Below, piece after piece: positions 25,684-36,527 of a stretch of 64,000 nucleotides of DNA. A model generated the notes under the pieces. The model did no database searches. It had not been told where the DNA came from and was given only the letters and a program-made list of their open reading frames with translations. Source of the DNA: Deinococcus grandis (GTDB lineage Bacteria > Deinococcota > Deinococci > Deinococcales > Deinococcaceae). The DNA lies in assembly GCF_001485435.1 (NCBI RefSeq), contig NZ_BCMS01000002.1, forward strand, positions 88,426 to 152,425, written 5' to 3'. Both the position numbers and the translations under genes were made by a program. Position 1 is the stretch's first letter. The number at the start of each line of letters is the position of its first letter.

Positions 25684-28107
25684 ATGCTCGACCCCGCGGC
25701 AGACTTCGGGCAGCTGATCCGCATCATCCAGTCCGGCGATCCGGACGCAGCTGCTCAGGCCATCCAGCATTACGACTTCTCCCGCCAGGGTCAGGAACAC
25801 CGGTTCTACGCCCACGCTCTGCTGCATTACTACGCTCACCGCCACCAGCTGGCGGCCAGGGAGGCCGAACAGGCGGTCTCCCTGGCCCTCATTGCGCAGG
25901 ATCACGAGCTGTACGCCAGCGCGCTGATCCTGCAAGGCACCTGCAGCGCCATCCTGTTCGCGACGGACGCCGCCACCGAGTCCTTCCACCGGGCGCTGGA
26001 GGTCTTCGACCGCAGTGACGATCAGGCGGGCCGGGCGCGGGCGCTGGTCAGCCTGGCGAACATCCACGCGGTGCGGGGCGAGAATCACAGCGCGCTGAAT
26101 TTCGCCCAGCAGGCCCTGAGTGCCCTGAGTACCCCGAGGACCGGCGACCCCGGTTCTGGGCTGGCGATCACGATCAACAACGTGCTGGGCATGGTGTACT
26201 CGAACCTCGAGGCTTTCGAGACGGCCGAGCGGTACTTCCGGACCTGCGCGGCGCTGACGCTGGAGCAGGGTCACGCCTCGGCGTTCGTGACCGCCTCGGT
26301 GAACCTGCTGGAGTGCCTGTCCCGCGGCGGACGCAACGACGAGGCCTGCCGCGAGATCGAGCGGCTGATCGCCCACCCGGACTACCGGACGCTCATCACG
26401 CCGCACGTGCTGAACACCGCCGGGGAGATCGCGCTGCGGGCCGGGCGGCAGGCGCAGGCCGTGGCGCACCTGCAGGCGGCCCGGCAGGCGAGCGCGGCCA
26501 CGCAGGACTACGAGGAGTACTGCCGGTCGATCATCACGCTCGCGCAGGTGGACGGGCAGCTGATCAGCGGGGAGGACATCCGGGAGGTCATCCGGATCAG
26601 CGAGACCGATTCGCGCGCCGATCTGCTCGAGCAGGGCCTGCAGGCCGCGGTGGGCTTCGGGGGCTTCAGTGACGACGAGAAGGTCCGCCGCTTCTACCCG
26701 CAGCTCGTGCGGGCGCTGCACCACCGCGCCGTGACGCTGCGAGAGCAGACCATCGGGGACCTGACGAAGAAGGCCGAGCTGGACAACGCCCGGCACCTCG
26801 CCGGGTACGAGCAGCAGCTGCGCGTCGCGGCCGAGGAGACCATCCAGCGGCAGGTGGAGGAACTCGAACGTGGGCGCCTGTCGGACGTGCTGACCGGCCT
26901 GCCCAACCGGATCATGCTCATGGCGCAGATGCTGGGCCAGACGCGGGAGGACGCGCCGTTCCTGCTCGTGACGCTGGACGTCAACCGCTTCCAGCTCGTG
27001 AACGACATGTACGGGCACGATCTCGCGGACGAGCTGCTGCGGGTGCTGGCGCAGCGCCTGAGCGGCAGCCTGCGTTCCGGCGAGCTGGTCGCGCGGGTGG
27101 GCGGGGACGAGTTTGCGCTGCTGCTCGAGCCGGGCGCGAACGCGCGCGCGCAGGTGGACCGGGTGCTGGCGGTCGTCACGCAGCCTGTCTCGCTGGGCGG
27201 GCAGTCGGTGCGGGTGTCGGTCTCGGCGGGGGCGGCGCTGTGGCCGCAGGACGCCAGGAGTGCCGAGGCGCTGCGCCGCGCGTCGGAACTGGCGCTGCTG
27301 GACGCCAAGGCGAACGCGGACGCCGTGCGGTTCTTCGACGCGCGCGCGCACGCCCACGCGGGGCTGGAGAGCGCCCTGGCGCACGCCCTGACCCGCGGGG
27401 AGTACGTGCTGCACTACCAGCCGCTGGTCGACACCCGGCACCGGCGGGTGGTGAGTGCCGAGGCGCTGCTGCGCTGGGAGAGCCCCGAGCACGGCCTGCA
27501 GTCACCGGCCGCGTTCATGCCGATCCTGGAACGCGGTGATCACATCATCGAGGTGGGCGCCTGGGTGCTGCGTGAGGCCTGCCGCGCCGCGCAGTCGTGG
27601 GGTGGGACGGACGTGCGCGTGGCAGTGAACCTGTCCGCGCGGCAGTTCACGAGCCCGGGGCTGCTCGACACGGTCCGGCAGGCGCTGCGGGAGACCGGTC
27701 TGCCGCCGCACCGGCTGGAACTGGAGATCACCGAGACGCTCATGATGCTCAACCCTGAACGCACCGAACGCGTCCTGCGGGACCTGCGCTCGGACGGCGT
27801 GCGGGTCATGCTGGACGACTTCGGGACCGGGTACAGCAGCCTGGGGTACCTGGCGCGCTTTCCGCTGAGCGGCCTGAAGATCGACCGGTCGTTCGTGCGG
27901 CAGATGATGCAGGACCCGCAGGGCAAGAGTGCCGCGATCGTCCGGGCGATGGTCAGCCTGAGCCGCGACCTGAACCTGGAACTGGTCGCCGAGGGCATCG
28001 AGAGCCTTCAGGATCTGGATGTGGTCATGGCCGAGGGAATCTGCGTCGTGCAGGGCTACCACTTCGCGCGGCCCGCGCCGGACTGGCGGCCGCCCGGCGC
28101 CGGGTGA
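25684..28107 (+). CDS. Diguanylate cyclase/phosphodiesterase (GGDEF + EAL) with an N-terminal TPR-like helical domain
   Basis: RVGGDEF (GGDEF), EALLRWESPEHG (EAL), DDFGTGYSSL, and an EGIE-type EAL C-terminus. It lies 9 nt after the protease gene. Confidence 0.85.
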   Translation: MLDPAADFGQLIRIIQSGDPDAAAQAIQHYDFSRQGQEHRFYAHALLHYYAHRHQLAAREAEQAVSLALIAQDHELYASALILQGTCSAILFATDAATESFHRALEVFDRSDDQAGRARALVSLANIHAVRGENHSALNFAQQALSALSTPRTGDPGSGLAITINNVLGMVYSNLEAFETAERYFRTCAALTLEQGHASAFVTASVNLLECLSRGGRNDEACREIERLIAHPDYRTLITPHVLNTAGEIALRAGRQAQAVAHLQAARQASAATQDYEEYCRSIITLAQVDGQLISGEDIREVIRISETDSRADLLEQGLQAAVGFGGFSDDEKVRRFYPQLVRALHHRAVTLREQTIGDLTKKAELDNARHLAGYEQQLRVAAEETIQRQVEELERGRLSDVLTGLPNRIMLMAQMLGQTREDAPFLLVTLDVNRFQLVNDMYGHDLADELLRVLAQRLSGSLRSGELVARVGGDEFALLLEPGANARAQVDRVLAVVTQPVSLGGQSVRVSVSAGAALWPQDARSAEALRRASELALLDAKANADAVRFFDARAHAHAGLESALAHALTRGEYVLHYQPLVDTRHRRVVSAEALLRWESPEHGLQSPAAFMPILERGDHIIEVGAWVLREACRAAQSWGGTDVRVAVNLSARQFTSPGLLDTVRQALRETGLPPHRLELEITETLMMLNPERTERVLRDLRSDGVRVMLDDFGTGYSSLGYLARFPLSGLKIDRSFVRQMMQDPQGKSAAIVRAMVSLSRDLNLELVAEGIESLQDLDVVMAEGICVVQGYHFARPAPDWRPPGAG

Positions 28108-28140
28108 CGGCAGGCCCGCACTGGCGGGGTCCGGTGGCGG

Positions 28141-29124
28141 TCAGGGGCCGGGGGCGAGGAGGGTCCGGGCGGTGACCTCGTCGATCACGAGGGTGGTCAT
28201 GAGTTCCCCGGCCAGCGCGGCGCGCAGCGCCTGCACCTTGCCCAGGCCGCTGACGACGCAGATGGCGTGCTGGGCGCGGCGGGTCAGGCCCAGGTCCGGG
28301 CCGCTGCTGCGGGCGTTGATGGGCAGGCCCGCGTGGCTGCCGTCCCCGCGGAAGAACACGGTGGCGATGTCCCCGGCGACGCCCTGGTCGCGCAGCGCGT
28401 GCAGGTCCGCGTCGTCGAGGTACCCGGCGGCGTACACGTGGCTGGGCACCTGCGCGCTGGCCGCGCCGACGGAGTACAGCAGCACGTCGGCGTGGTCCTG
28501 CAGGTCCAGGACGTGGCGCACGCTGCGTTCGCGCCACATGGCGGCGCGCGTGGCGGGGTCGTCGAAGAAGGTGGGGACCGGGAACAGGTGGGCGCGGGCG
28601 CCGTAGTTCGCGGCGAAGCGGGTGATGGTGTCGGTCACGAAGCCGCTCATGAAGTCCAGGGCGTTGGCGCTGCCGTTGAGCTGCACGAACTGGAGGTTGG
28701 TGACCGGGCGGGGCGTGAGGGCGCGGGAGACGGCGTCGAGGGTGGTGCCCCAGGCGAGGCCCACGATCTGCCCGGGGCGCAGGACCTGCCCGAGCAGGCG
28801 GGCGGCGGCCACCGCGACCCGTTCGAGCCAGACGTTCTCGGGGCTGCCGGGGGGGACGCTGACGACCTGGGGGTGCAGGAAGGGGTAGCGGGCGCGCAGC
28901 TGGGCCTCGAGGCTCTGCGGCTGGGCCTGGGGGTCGTGGATGCGGATCTCGACGAGGCCGGTGCGGCGGGCCAGGGTGAGCAGGCGGCTGACCTTGGGGC
29001 GGGACAGGCCGAGTTCGCGGGCGATGGCGTCGGTGGTGAGGCCCTGGTGGTAGTAGAGGCGGGCGACCTGCACGGCCTGCGCGGCGGTGTCGTCCGGGGT
29101 GGGGTCGGTCACGCGCCTGAGCAT
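28141..29124 (-). CDS. SorC/DeoR-type sugar-phosphate-binding transcriptional regulator (candidate glycerol-3-phosphate regulon repressor)
   Basis: HTH VARLYYHQGLTTDAIARELGLSRPKVSRLL followed by a SorC sugar-binding domain. ATG at 29124 (Met67 of the long ORF). Divergent from glpF. Confidence 0.75.
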   Translation of the reverse strand: MLRRVTDPTPDDTAAQAVQVARLYYHQGLTTDAIARELGLSRPKVSRLLTLARRTGLVEIRIHDPQAQPQSLEAQLRARYPFLHPQVVSVPPGSPENVWLERVAVAAARLLGQVLRPGQIVGLAWGTTLDAVSRALTPRPVTNLQFVQLNGSANALDFMSGFVTDTITRFAANYGARAHLFPVPTFFDDPATRAAMWRERSVRHVLDLQDHADVLLYSVGAASAQVPSHVYAAGYLDDADLHALRDQGVAGDIATVFFRGDGSHAGLPINARSSGPDLGLTRRAQHAICVVSGLGKVQALRAALAGELMTTLVIDEVTARTLLAPGP

Positions 29125-29185
29125 ACCCCTGGCGGGCCGGGGCGGCGCGGCCGGGTGGGCCGGGGGGCGCGCTTCACACCGGGCG

Positions 29186-29203
29186 TCGAACAAATGTTCA
29201 CGC
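29186..29203. promoter_or_regulatory. GlpR-like operator CGAACA-AA-TGTTCA in the regulator/glpF intergenic region
   Basis: Palindrome GAACA-N2-TGTTC at 29188-29199, matching the half-site type of DeoR/GlpR operators. An adjacent TTGACA lies at 29208-29213, and a second half-site TTCGTTCA follows. Confidence 0.5.
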
Positions 29204-29352
29204 TTGCTTGACATTCGTTCATAGCTTGGTGATGATACCCGTATCGACAACCCGATCCGCGCGGCGTCCGGCCGCGCCCACCCCACGTCCGGCCTCCAGC
29301 CGCCCCGCGCGCTGGCAGCCACCCCTGCAGGCGCACCGCCCGGAGGTCTAGC

Positions 29353-30183
<831 letters not shown>

Positions 30184-30228
30184 GCCCAGCTCCCCCGTCC
30201 CCGCCCCCCACCCATCCGGAGGTACCGC

Positions 30229-31728
<1,500 letters not shown>

Positions 31729-31854
31729 ATCTGCTCCCCTGACAGGACGGATGCGGCCGGGACGGGCACAGTGGTGCGTTCCGGCCGTTCCTGTCCCGGC
31801 CAAAATCTCGCGCCTTCAGGCGCCTGAATGAACCGTCGATGTAGTCGAGCCCAC

Positions 31855-31888
31855 TGAACATCCGTTCACAACATGCGAACATGTGTTC
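31855..31888. promoter_or_regulatory. Two GlpR-like operators upstream of glpD (TGAAC-ATCC-GTTCA and GAACA-TG-TGTTC)
   Basis: Palindromes at 31855-31868 and 31877-31888. The second has the same GAACA-N2-TGTTC architecture as the glpF operator. Confidence 0.5.
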
Positions 31889-31928
31889 ATCCGGTGGACG
31901 CTCTCTCACCGCAAGGAAGGTTGACACC

Positions 31929-33479
31929 ATGACCACAGACCCCCGCCAAGCCGCCCTGACCGCCGCCACCACGCCCGAACCCTGGGACATCCTCGTCATC
32001 GGGGGCGGCGCTTCCGGCCTGGGCACCGCTGTGGAAGCCGCCACGCGCGGCTACCGCACCCTGCTGCTCGAAGCGCACGACTACGCCAAGGGCACCAGCA
32101 GCCGCTCGACCAAACTCGTGCACGGCGGCGTGCGCTACCTCGCACAGGGCAACGTGTCCCTGGTGCGCGAGGCGCTGCACGAACGCGGCCTCTTGAAGCG
32201 CAACGCCCCGCACCTCGTGCGCGACCTGGGCTTCCTGATCGCCGCGTACAAGTGGTGGGCCGCGCCCTTCTACGGCATCGGCCTGAAGATGTACGACCTG
32301 CTCGCCGGGAAACTGAACCTCCAGGCCAGCCGCTACGTGAACAAGGCCCAGGCGCTGGCCCGCACGCCCACCCTGAAACAGGCCGGGCTGAAGGGCGGCA
32401 TCCTCTACTTCGACGGGCAGTTCGACGACTCCCGGCTGGCGATCACGCTGATGCGCAGCCTCGAAGACCACGGCGGCGTCACCCTGAACCACGCGCCCGT
32501 CGTCGGCCTGATCAAGGAGGGCGGCCGCGTCGTCGGCGCCCGCTTCCGCGACGACGAGACCGGCCAGGAACACGAGGTGCGCGCCAAGGCCATCGTGAAT
32601 GCCACCGGGGTGTTCGTGGACGATATCCGCCGCATGGAACGCAGCGACGTCAAACCCATGCTCTCCCCCAGTCAGGGCGTGCACGTCGTCGTGGACCGCC
32701 GCTTCCTGCCCGGCGACAGCGCCATCATGGTGCCGCGCACCGACGACGGCCGCGTGCTGTTCGCCGTGCCCTGGCACGACCACGTCGTGATCGGCACCAC
32801 CGACACCCCCGTCCCCGAGACCAGCCTGGAACCCCGCGCGCTGCCCGAGGAGATCGACTTCATCCTGCGCACCGCCGCGCAGTACATGGACCCCGCCCCC
32901 ACCCGCGCGGACGTCCGCAGCGTGTACGTGGGCCTGCGCCCCCTGGTGAAGGCCGCCGAGGGGACGGATACCAAGAGCCTGTCGCGCGACCACGTGATCC
33001 GCATCAGCGACGGCGGGCTGATCACCCTGACCGGCGGCAAGTGGACCACCTACCGCCGCATGGGCGAGGATACCGTCAACCGCGCCGCCGCGCAGGCCGG
33101 ACTGCCCGAACGCCTGAGCCTCACGGCGGGCCTGAAACTGCACGGCGCGACCCAGGCGGACCTCCCGGACCACTGGAAGGTGTACGGCACGGACGCCGAG
33201 TGGGTGCAGACGCTGCCCGGCGCCAACCAGAAGATCCATCAGGCCCTCCCGTACACCGAGGCGGAGGTCCGCTGGGCCGCCCGCGCCGAGCAGGCCCGCA
33301 CCGTCGAGGACATCCTGTCCCGCCGCCTGCGCGCCCTGCTGCTGAACGCGCAGGCCAGCATCGAGGCCGCGCCCCGCGTCGCCGCGATCCTCGCGGAGGA
33401 ACTCGGCCGGGATCAGGCGTGGCAGGCCGGGCAGGTCCGCGCCTACACCGACGTCGCGCAGGGCTACGTGCTGCGCTGA
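31929..33479 (+). CDS. glpD: FAD-dependent glycerol-3-phosphate dehydrogenase
   Basis: ILVIGGGASGLGTAVEAATRGY is the FAD dinucleotide-binding fold, and there is a GlpD-type C-terminus. ATG at 31929 is preceded by GGAAGG. Confidence 0.85.
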   Translation: MTTDPRQAALTAATTPEPWDILVIGGGASGLGTAVEAATRGYRTLLLEAHDYAKGTSSRSTKLVHGGVRYLAQGNVSLVREALHERGLLKRNAPHLVRDLGFLIAAYKWWAAPFYGIGLKMYDLLAGKLNLQASRYVNKAQALARTPTLKQAGLKGGILYFDGQFDDSRLAITLMRSLEDHGGVTLNHAPVVGLIKEGGRVVGARFRDDETGQEHEVRAKAIVNATGVFVDDIRRMERSDVKPMLSPSQGVHVVVDRRFLPGDSAIMVPRTDDGRVLFAVPWHDHVVIGTTDTPVPETSLEPRALPEEIDFILRTAAQYMDPAPTRADVRSVYVGLRPLVKAAEGTDTKSLSRDHVIRISDGGLITLTGGKWTTYRRMGEDTVNRAAAQAGLPERLSLTAGLKLHGATQADLPDHWKVYGTDAEWVQTLPGANQKIHQALPYTEAEVRWAARAEQARTVEDILSRRLRALLLNAQASIEAAPRVAAILAEELGRDQAWQAGQVRAYTDVAQGYVLR

Positions 33480-33487
33480 CCGCTTTC

Positions 33488-33527
33488 GCAGGAGGGGCCG
33501 CCCAGTGTGCCGGGCGGCCCCTCCTGC
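33488..33527 (+). terminator. Stem-loop terminator candidate after glpD
   Basis: Perfect 16-bp stem GCAGGAGGGGCCGCCC / GGGCGGCCCCTCCTGC with an 8-nt loop. There is no U-tract. Confidence 0.5.
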
Positions 33528-33545
33528 GGTCCCCTGCCCCGCCGT

Positions 33546-33683
33546 TCATACGGATTCCGTTTGTTTCGTTGACAGCTCGGAACACCACCGATCTGTCAAC
33601 GACACGTCCGGAACCCGTTCTGCTCCTACTCGCTCCGCTCGGATTGAACGGCTTTGCAAGCCATTCAACCGGAGTCCGTCTCA
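33546..33683. mobile_element. MITE-like repeat, copy B1 (subfamily 2), flanked by TCA/TCA
   Basis: Core 33549-33680 with the subfamily-2 internal IR GTTGACAGCTCGG/CCGATCTGTCAAC. It shares its right TCA with copy B2. Confidence 0.8.
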
Positions 33684-33818
33684 TACGGATTCCGTTTATT
33701 TCGTTGACAGATCGGAACGCCACCGATCTGTCAACTCCACGTCCGGAATCCGTTTCTCTCCCACTCGCTCCGCTCGGATTGAACGGCTTTGTAAGCCATT
33801 CAATCGGAGTCCGTATCA
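33681..33818. mobile_element. MITE-like repeat, copy B2 (subfamily 2), in tandem with B1, flanked by TCA/TCA
   Basis: Core 33684-33815. The right TCA (33816-33818) is the stop codon of the P-type ATPase gene on the minus strand. Confidence 0.8.
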
Positions 33819-35942
33819 GTCCTGTTCACTTCCCCGGAAGCGCAGCAGGCGCAGCGCGTTCGCAGTGACGAGGGCCGTGGCGCCGGTATCGGACAGCACC
33901 GCGGGCCACAGGCCGGTGAGGCCCAGCAGTGTGGTGATCAGGAACACCAGTTTCAGTCCCACCGCGAACGCGACGTTCTGGCGGATGACGCGCATGGTGG
34001 CGCGCGACAGGCGGATCAGGTCGGCTGCGGCGCGCACCTGCGGGCGCAGCAGGGCCACGTGCGCGGTCTCCAGCGCCACGTCGGTGCCGCCCCCCATGGC
34101 CACGCCGACGTCCGCGGCGGCCAGGGCGGGCGCGTCGTTGATGCCGTCGCCGATCATGACCACCCCGCCCTGGCGTTGCAGGTCGCGGATCAGGCGCAGT
34201 TTGTCTTCCGGCAGCAGCTGCGCGTGGACCTCCAGCCCGAGGGTCCGGGCGACCGCCTGCCCGGTCCGGGTGTTGTCCCCGGTCAGCATGACGGGCGTGA
34301 CGCCCAGCGCGCGCAGGTCCTGGATGGCGGCCTGCGCGTCGGGGCGCGGTTCGTCCCGCAGGGCGATCAGGCCCCGGACGGCGCCGTCCACGAGGAGCAC
34401 CACGACCGTCTTGCCCTGGTCTTCCAGCTGCGCGACGCGGGCCTCGGCGGCGCTCAGGTCGGCGTGCTCGCGGGCGTAGCGGGGCGAGCCGACGGCGACG
34501 TCGGTGCCGTCCACGCGGGCCAGGGCGGCCTGACCCGGGAGGGCGCGGGCGTCCTGCGCGGCGGGCAGCGGAGTGCCCAGGGCAGCGTGCGCGGCCAGCA
34601 GCGCGCGCCCCAGTGGGTGGCTGCTGCCCTGCTCGGCGGCGGCGGCCAGCGTAAGCACCCCGGCGTCGTCCAGGCCGATGCCGGTCACGTCGGTGACCTG
34701 CGGGTGCCCGGCGGTCAGGGTGCCGGTCTTGTCGAACGCGGCGGTGCGGACGTTGCCGAGCGCCTCCAGGGCGGCGCCGCCCTTGATGAGCAGGCCGCGC
34801 CGGGCGCCGGCGCTGACGGCGCTGGTGATGGCCGCCGGGACGCTCAGGACCAGCGCGCAGGGGCAGCCGATGAGCAGCAGGGCGACGCCTTTGTACACCC
34901 ACTCGGTCAGCGGGGCGCCCAGCAGGGGCGGGATGAACGCGGTGGCCGCCGCGACGAGCACCACCAGGGGGGTGTACACGCGGGAGAAGCGGTCGATGAA
35001 GCGCGCGACGGGCGCGCGGCTGGCCTCGGCCTGCTCGACGAGGTGGATGATCTGCGCGATGGTGTTGTCCTGCGCGGCGCGGTCCACCCGGACGCGCAGC
35101 ACGCCGCCCGCGTTGATGCTGCCCGCGTACACCGTGTCGCCGGGCCCCTTGCCCACGGGGACGCTCTCGCCGGTGACGGGCGAGTCGTCGAGGCTGGACT
35201 GGCCGTCCAGAATGGTGCCGTCGGCGGGAACCCGGCCGCCGGGCTGGACCTGCACGGTCTGCCCGACCTTCAGCGCGTCGGCGGGGACATCCAGGACGCG
35301 GTCGCCGCGCAGCAGCAGCGCGGTCTTCGGGGCCAGCGCCGCGAGCGCCTGGATGCCGCTGCGGGCGCGGCCCACCGCGACGCCCTCGAGCAGTTCCCCG
35401 ACGGCGAACAGGAACACGACGACGGCGGCCTCGGCCTGCTCGCCGATGAGCAGTGCGCCCGCGGCGGCCAGCGTGACCAGGGTGTTGATGCTGAAGGGAT
35501 CACCGGCGCGCGCGGCGGCGAGGGCCTTGCGGGCCAGCGGGGCGGCGCCGAGCAGCGTGGCGGCGCCGTACAGCCACGGCGCGAGGGTCGGGAGGAGCTG
35601 CCCGAGAAGCACCGCGGCGCCGAGCAGCGCGCCGGTCGTGAGGACCAGTCGGCCCTGCGCCGCCCGGTACCACGCGGGGGGCGCGGGGGGCGCGGCGCCG
35701 GGACCGCCGAGGGCGTGGGCGGGGTGGCCCAGGTCGCGCAGGGTGGCTTCCAGGGTGCTGCGGCTGGTGCGGGTCTCGTCGAGGGTCAGGGTCAGCGACT
35801 GGCGGGTGAGGTTGGTGCGTGCGCCGTGTGCGCCGGGCAGGCGGTCCAGGGCGCCCTCGATGCGGCGCACGCAGGAGGGGCAGTCCATGCCCTCGACGAA
35901 GTAGTCGAGTTCGGTGGGCGTGGCGGGCCGGGCGCTGGTCAT
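33816..35942 (-). CDS. Heavy-metal-translocating P1B-type ATPase, Zn/Cd/Pb-type (ZntA/CadA-like)
   Basis: N-terminal HMA GMDCPSC; TM6 CPC (IGCPCALV); DKTGTLT; GDGINDAPAL. The TM8 region LSDTGATALVTANALRLL carries the Asp typical of Zn/Cd pumps rather than the MxxSS of Cu pumps. Confidence 0.85.
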   Translation of the reverse strand: MTSARPATPTELDYFVEGMDCPSCVRRIEGALDRLPGAHGARTNLTRQSLTLTLDETRTSRSTLEATLRDLGHPAHALGGPGAAPPAPPAWYRAAQGRLVLTTGALLGAAVLLGQLLPTLAPWLYGAATLLGAAPLARKALAAARAGDPFSINTLVTLAAAGALLIGEQAEAAVVVFLFAVGELLEGVAVGRARSGIQALAALAPKTALLLRGDRVLDVPADALKVGQTVQVQPGGRVPADGTILDGQSSLDDSPVTGESVPVGKGPGDTVYAGSINAGGVLRVRVDRAAQDNTIAQIIHLVEQAEASRAPVARFIDRFSRVYTPLVVLVAAATAFIPPLLGAPLTEWVYKGVALLLIGCPCALVLSVPAAITSAVSAGARRGLLIKGGAALEALGNVRTAAFDKTGTLTAGHPQVTDVTGIGLDDAGVLTLAAAAEQGSSHPLGRALLAAHAALGTPLPAAQDARALPGQAALARVDGTDVAVGSPRYAREHADLSAAEARVAQLEDQGKTVVVLLVDGAVRGLIALRDEPRPDAQAAIQDLRALGVTPVMLTGDNTRTGQAVARTLGLEVHAQLLPEDKLRLIRDLQRQGGVVMIGDGINDAPALAAADVGVAMGGGTDVALETAHVALLRPQVRAAADLIRLSRATMRVIRQNVAFAVGLKLVFLITTLLGLTGLWPAVLSDTGATALVTANALRLLRFRGSEQD

Positions 35943-35952
35943 GCCTCACCAT

Positions 35953-35972
35953 ATCTGAGCAGATGCTCAGAT
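35953..35972. promoter_or_regulatory. ArsR/SmtB-type operator-like inverted repeat ATCTGAGCA-GA-TGCTCAGAT, 11 bp upstream of the ATPase start codon
   Basis: 9-2-9 perfect inverted repeat in the divergent ATPase/PAAR intergenic region, resembling metalloregulator (CadC/CzrA/SmtB) boxes. Confidence 0.45.
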
Positions 35973-36065
35973 GTCCATCCGGGCTGGAACCCACCCTCCC
36001 GCCCTTACCGCGCCTGCGCCACACCTGCGCCGCGCCCGGGCCGCCCGCCCCGTTACACTGCCCGC

Positions 36066-36353
36066 ATGCCCCCAGCCGCCCGCGTCGGTGACCACCACAC
36101 CTGCCCGCTGTACGACGGCAAGTCGCCGCACGTGGGCGGCCCCGTCAGCGCCGGCAGTCCCACCGTCCTGATCGGCGGCAGGCCCGCCGCGCGGGTGGGC
36201 GACCAGTGCGTGTGCGCCGGACCGCCCGACACGATCGCGCGCGGCAGCGCCACCGTCCGCATCGGCGGGAAACCCGCCGCGCGACTGGGCGACACCACCG
36301 CGCACGGGGGGCAGATCGTCGCCGGGGCGCCCACGGTCAACATCGGCGGCTGA
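36066..36353 (+). CDS. Small stand-alone PAAR-repeat protein (95 aa)
   Basis: Three PAAR motifs (PAARVGD twice, PAARLGD once) with conserved Cys/His (HHTCP, QCVCAGPPD, TAHGG). There are no T6SS or phage-tail genes in the window. Confidence 0.7.
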   Translation: MPPAARVGDHHTCPLYDGKSPHVGGPVSAGSPTVLIGGRPAARVGDQCVCAGPPDTIARGSATVRIGGKPAARLGDTTAHGGQIVAGAPTVNIGG

Positions 36354-36386
36354 CCCGCTCCCGTCGGCCCGAACCCGCAGAGGTGA

Positions 36387-36527
36387 TCATACGGACTCCG
36401 TCTGTTTCGCCAACAATCCGGAACCTCACCGGATTGCCGGCTCCACGTCCGGAGGGGTGTTTCTCTCCTTCTCGCATCCGCTCGGACCCAGCGGGCTTTG
36501 CAGCCCATTCAATCGGAATCCGCATCA
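36387..36527. mobile_element. MITE-like repeat, copy C (subfamily 1), flanked by TCA/TCA
   Basis: Core 36390-36524 (TACGGACTCCGTCTGTTTCGCCAACAATCCGG...ATCGGAATCCGCA). The right TCA is the stop codon of the minus-strand GAF-GGDEF gene. Confidence 0.8.

Noticed and set aside
24415-27492. Very long antisense ORFs. Examples: 24415..27492 minus (1025 aa), 53733..59141 plus (1802 aa), 34059..36353 plus (764 aa), 29368..31803 minus (811 aa), 8920..10815 minus, 14921..16711 minus, 19851..21848 plus and 6..1247 plus.
   Set aside because: Each lies opposite a frame with clear catalytic motifs (S8 protease/GGDEF-EAL, AAA ATPase, P-type ATPase, GlpF/GlpK and so on). Their translations are Arg/Ala/Pro/Gly-rich low-complexity strings, as expected for stop-poor frames at ~70% GC.
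33546-33818. Tandem ~135-bp repeats as a CRISPR array.
   Set aside because: There are only two units, each ~135 bp, with their own terminal inverted repeats and no unique spacers. They are adjacent copies of the dispersed MITE-like family.
36066-36353. PAAR protein as evidence of a type VI secretion system in this window.
   Set aside because: No VgrG, Hcp, TssB/C, baseplate or sheath-like genes are present anywhere in the 64 kb. It is kept only as an orphan PAAR finding.
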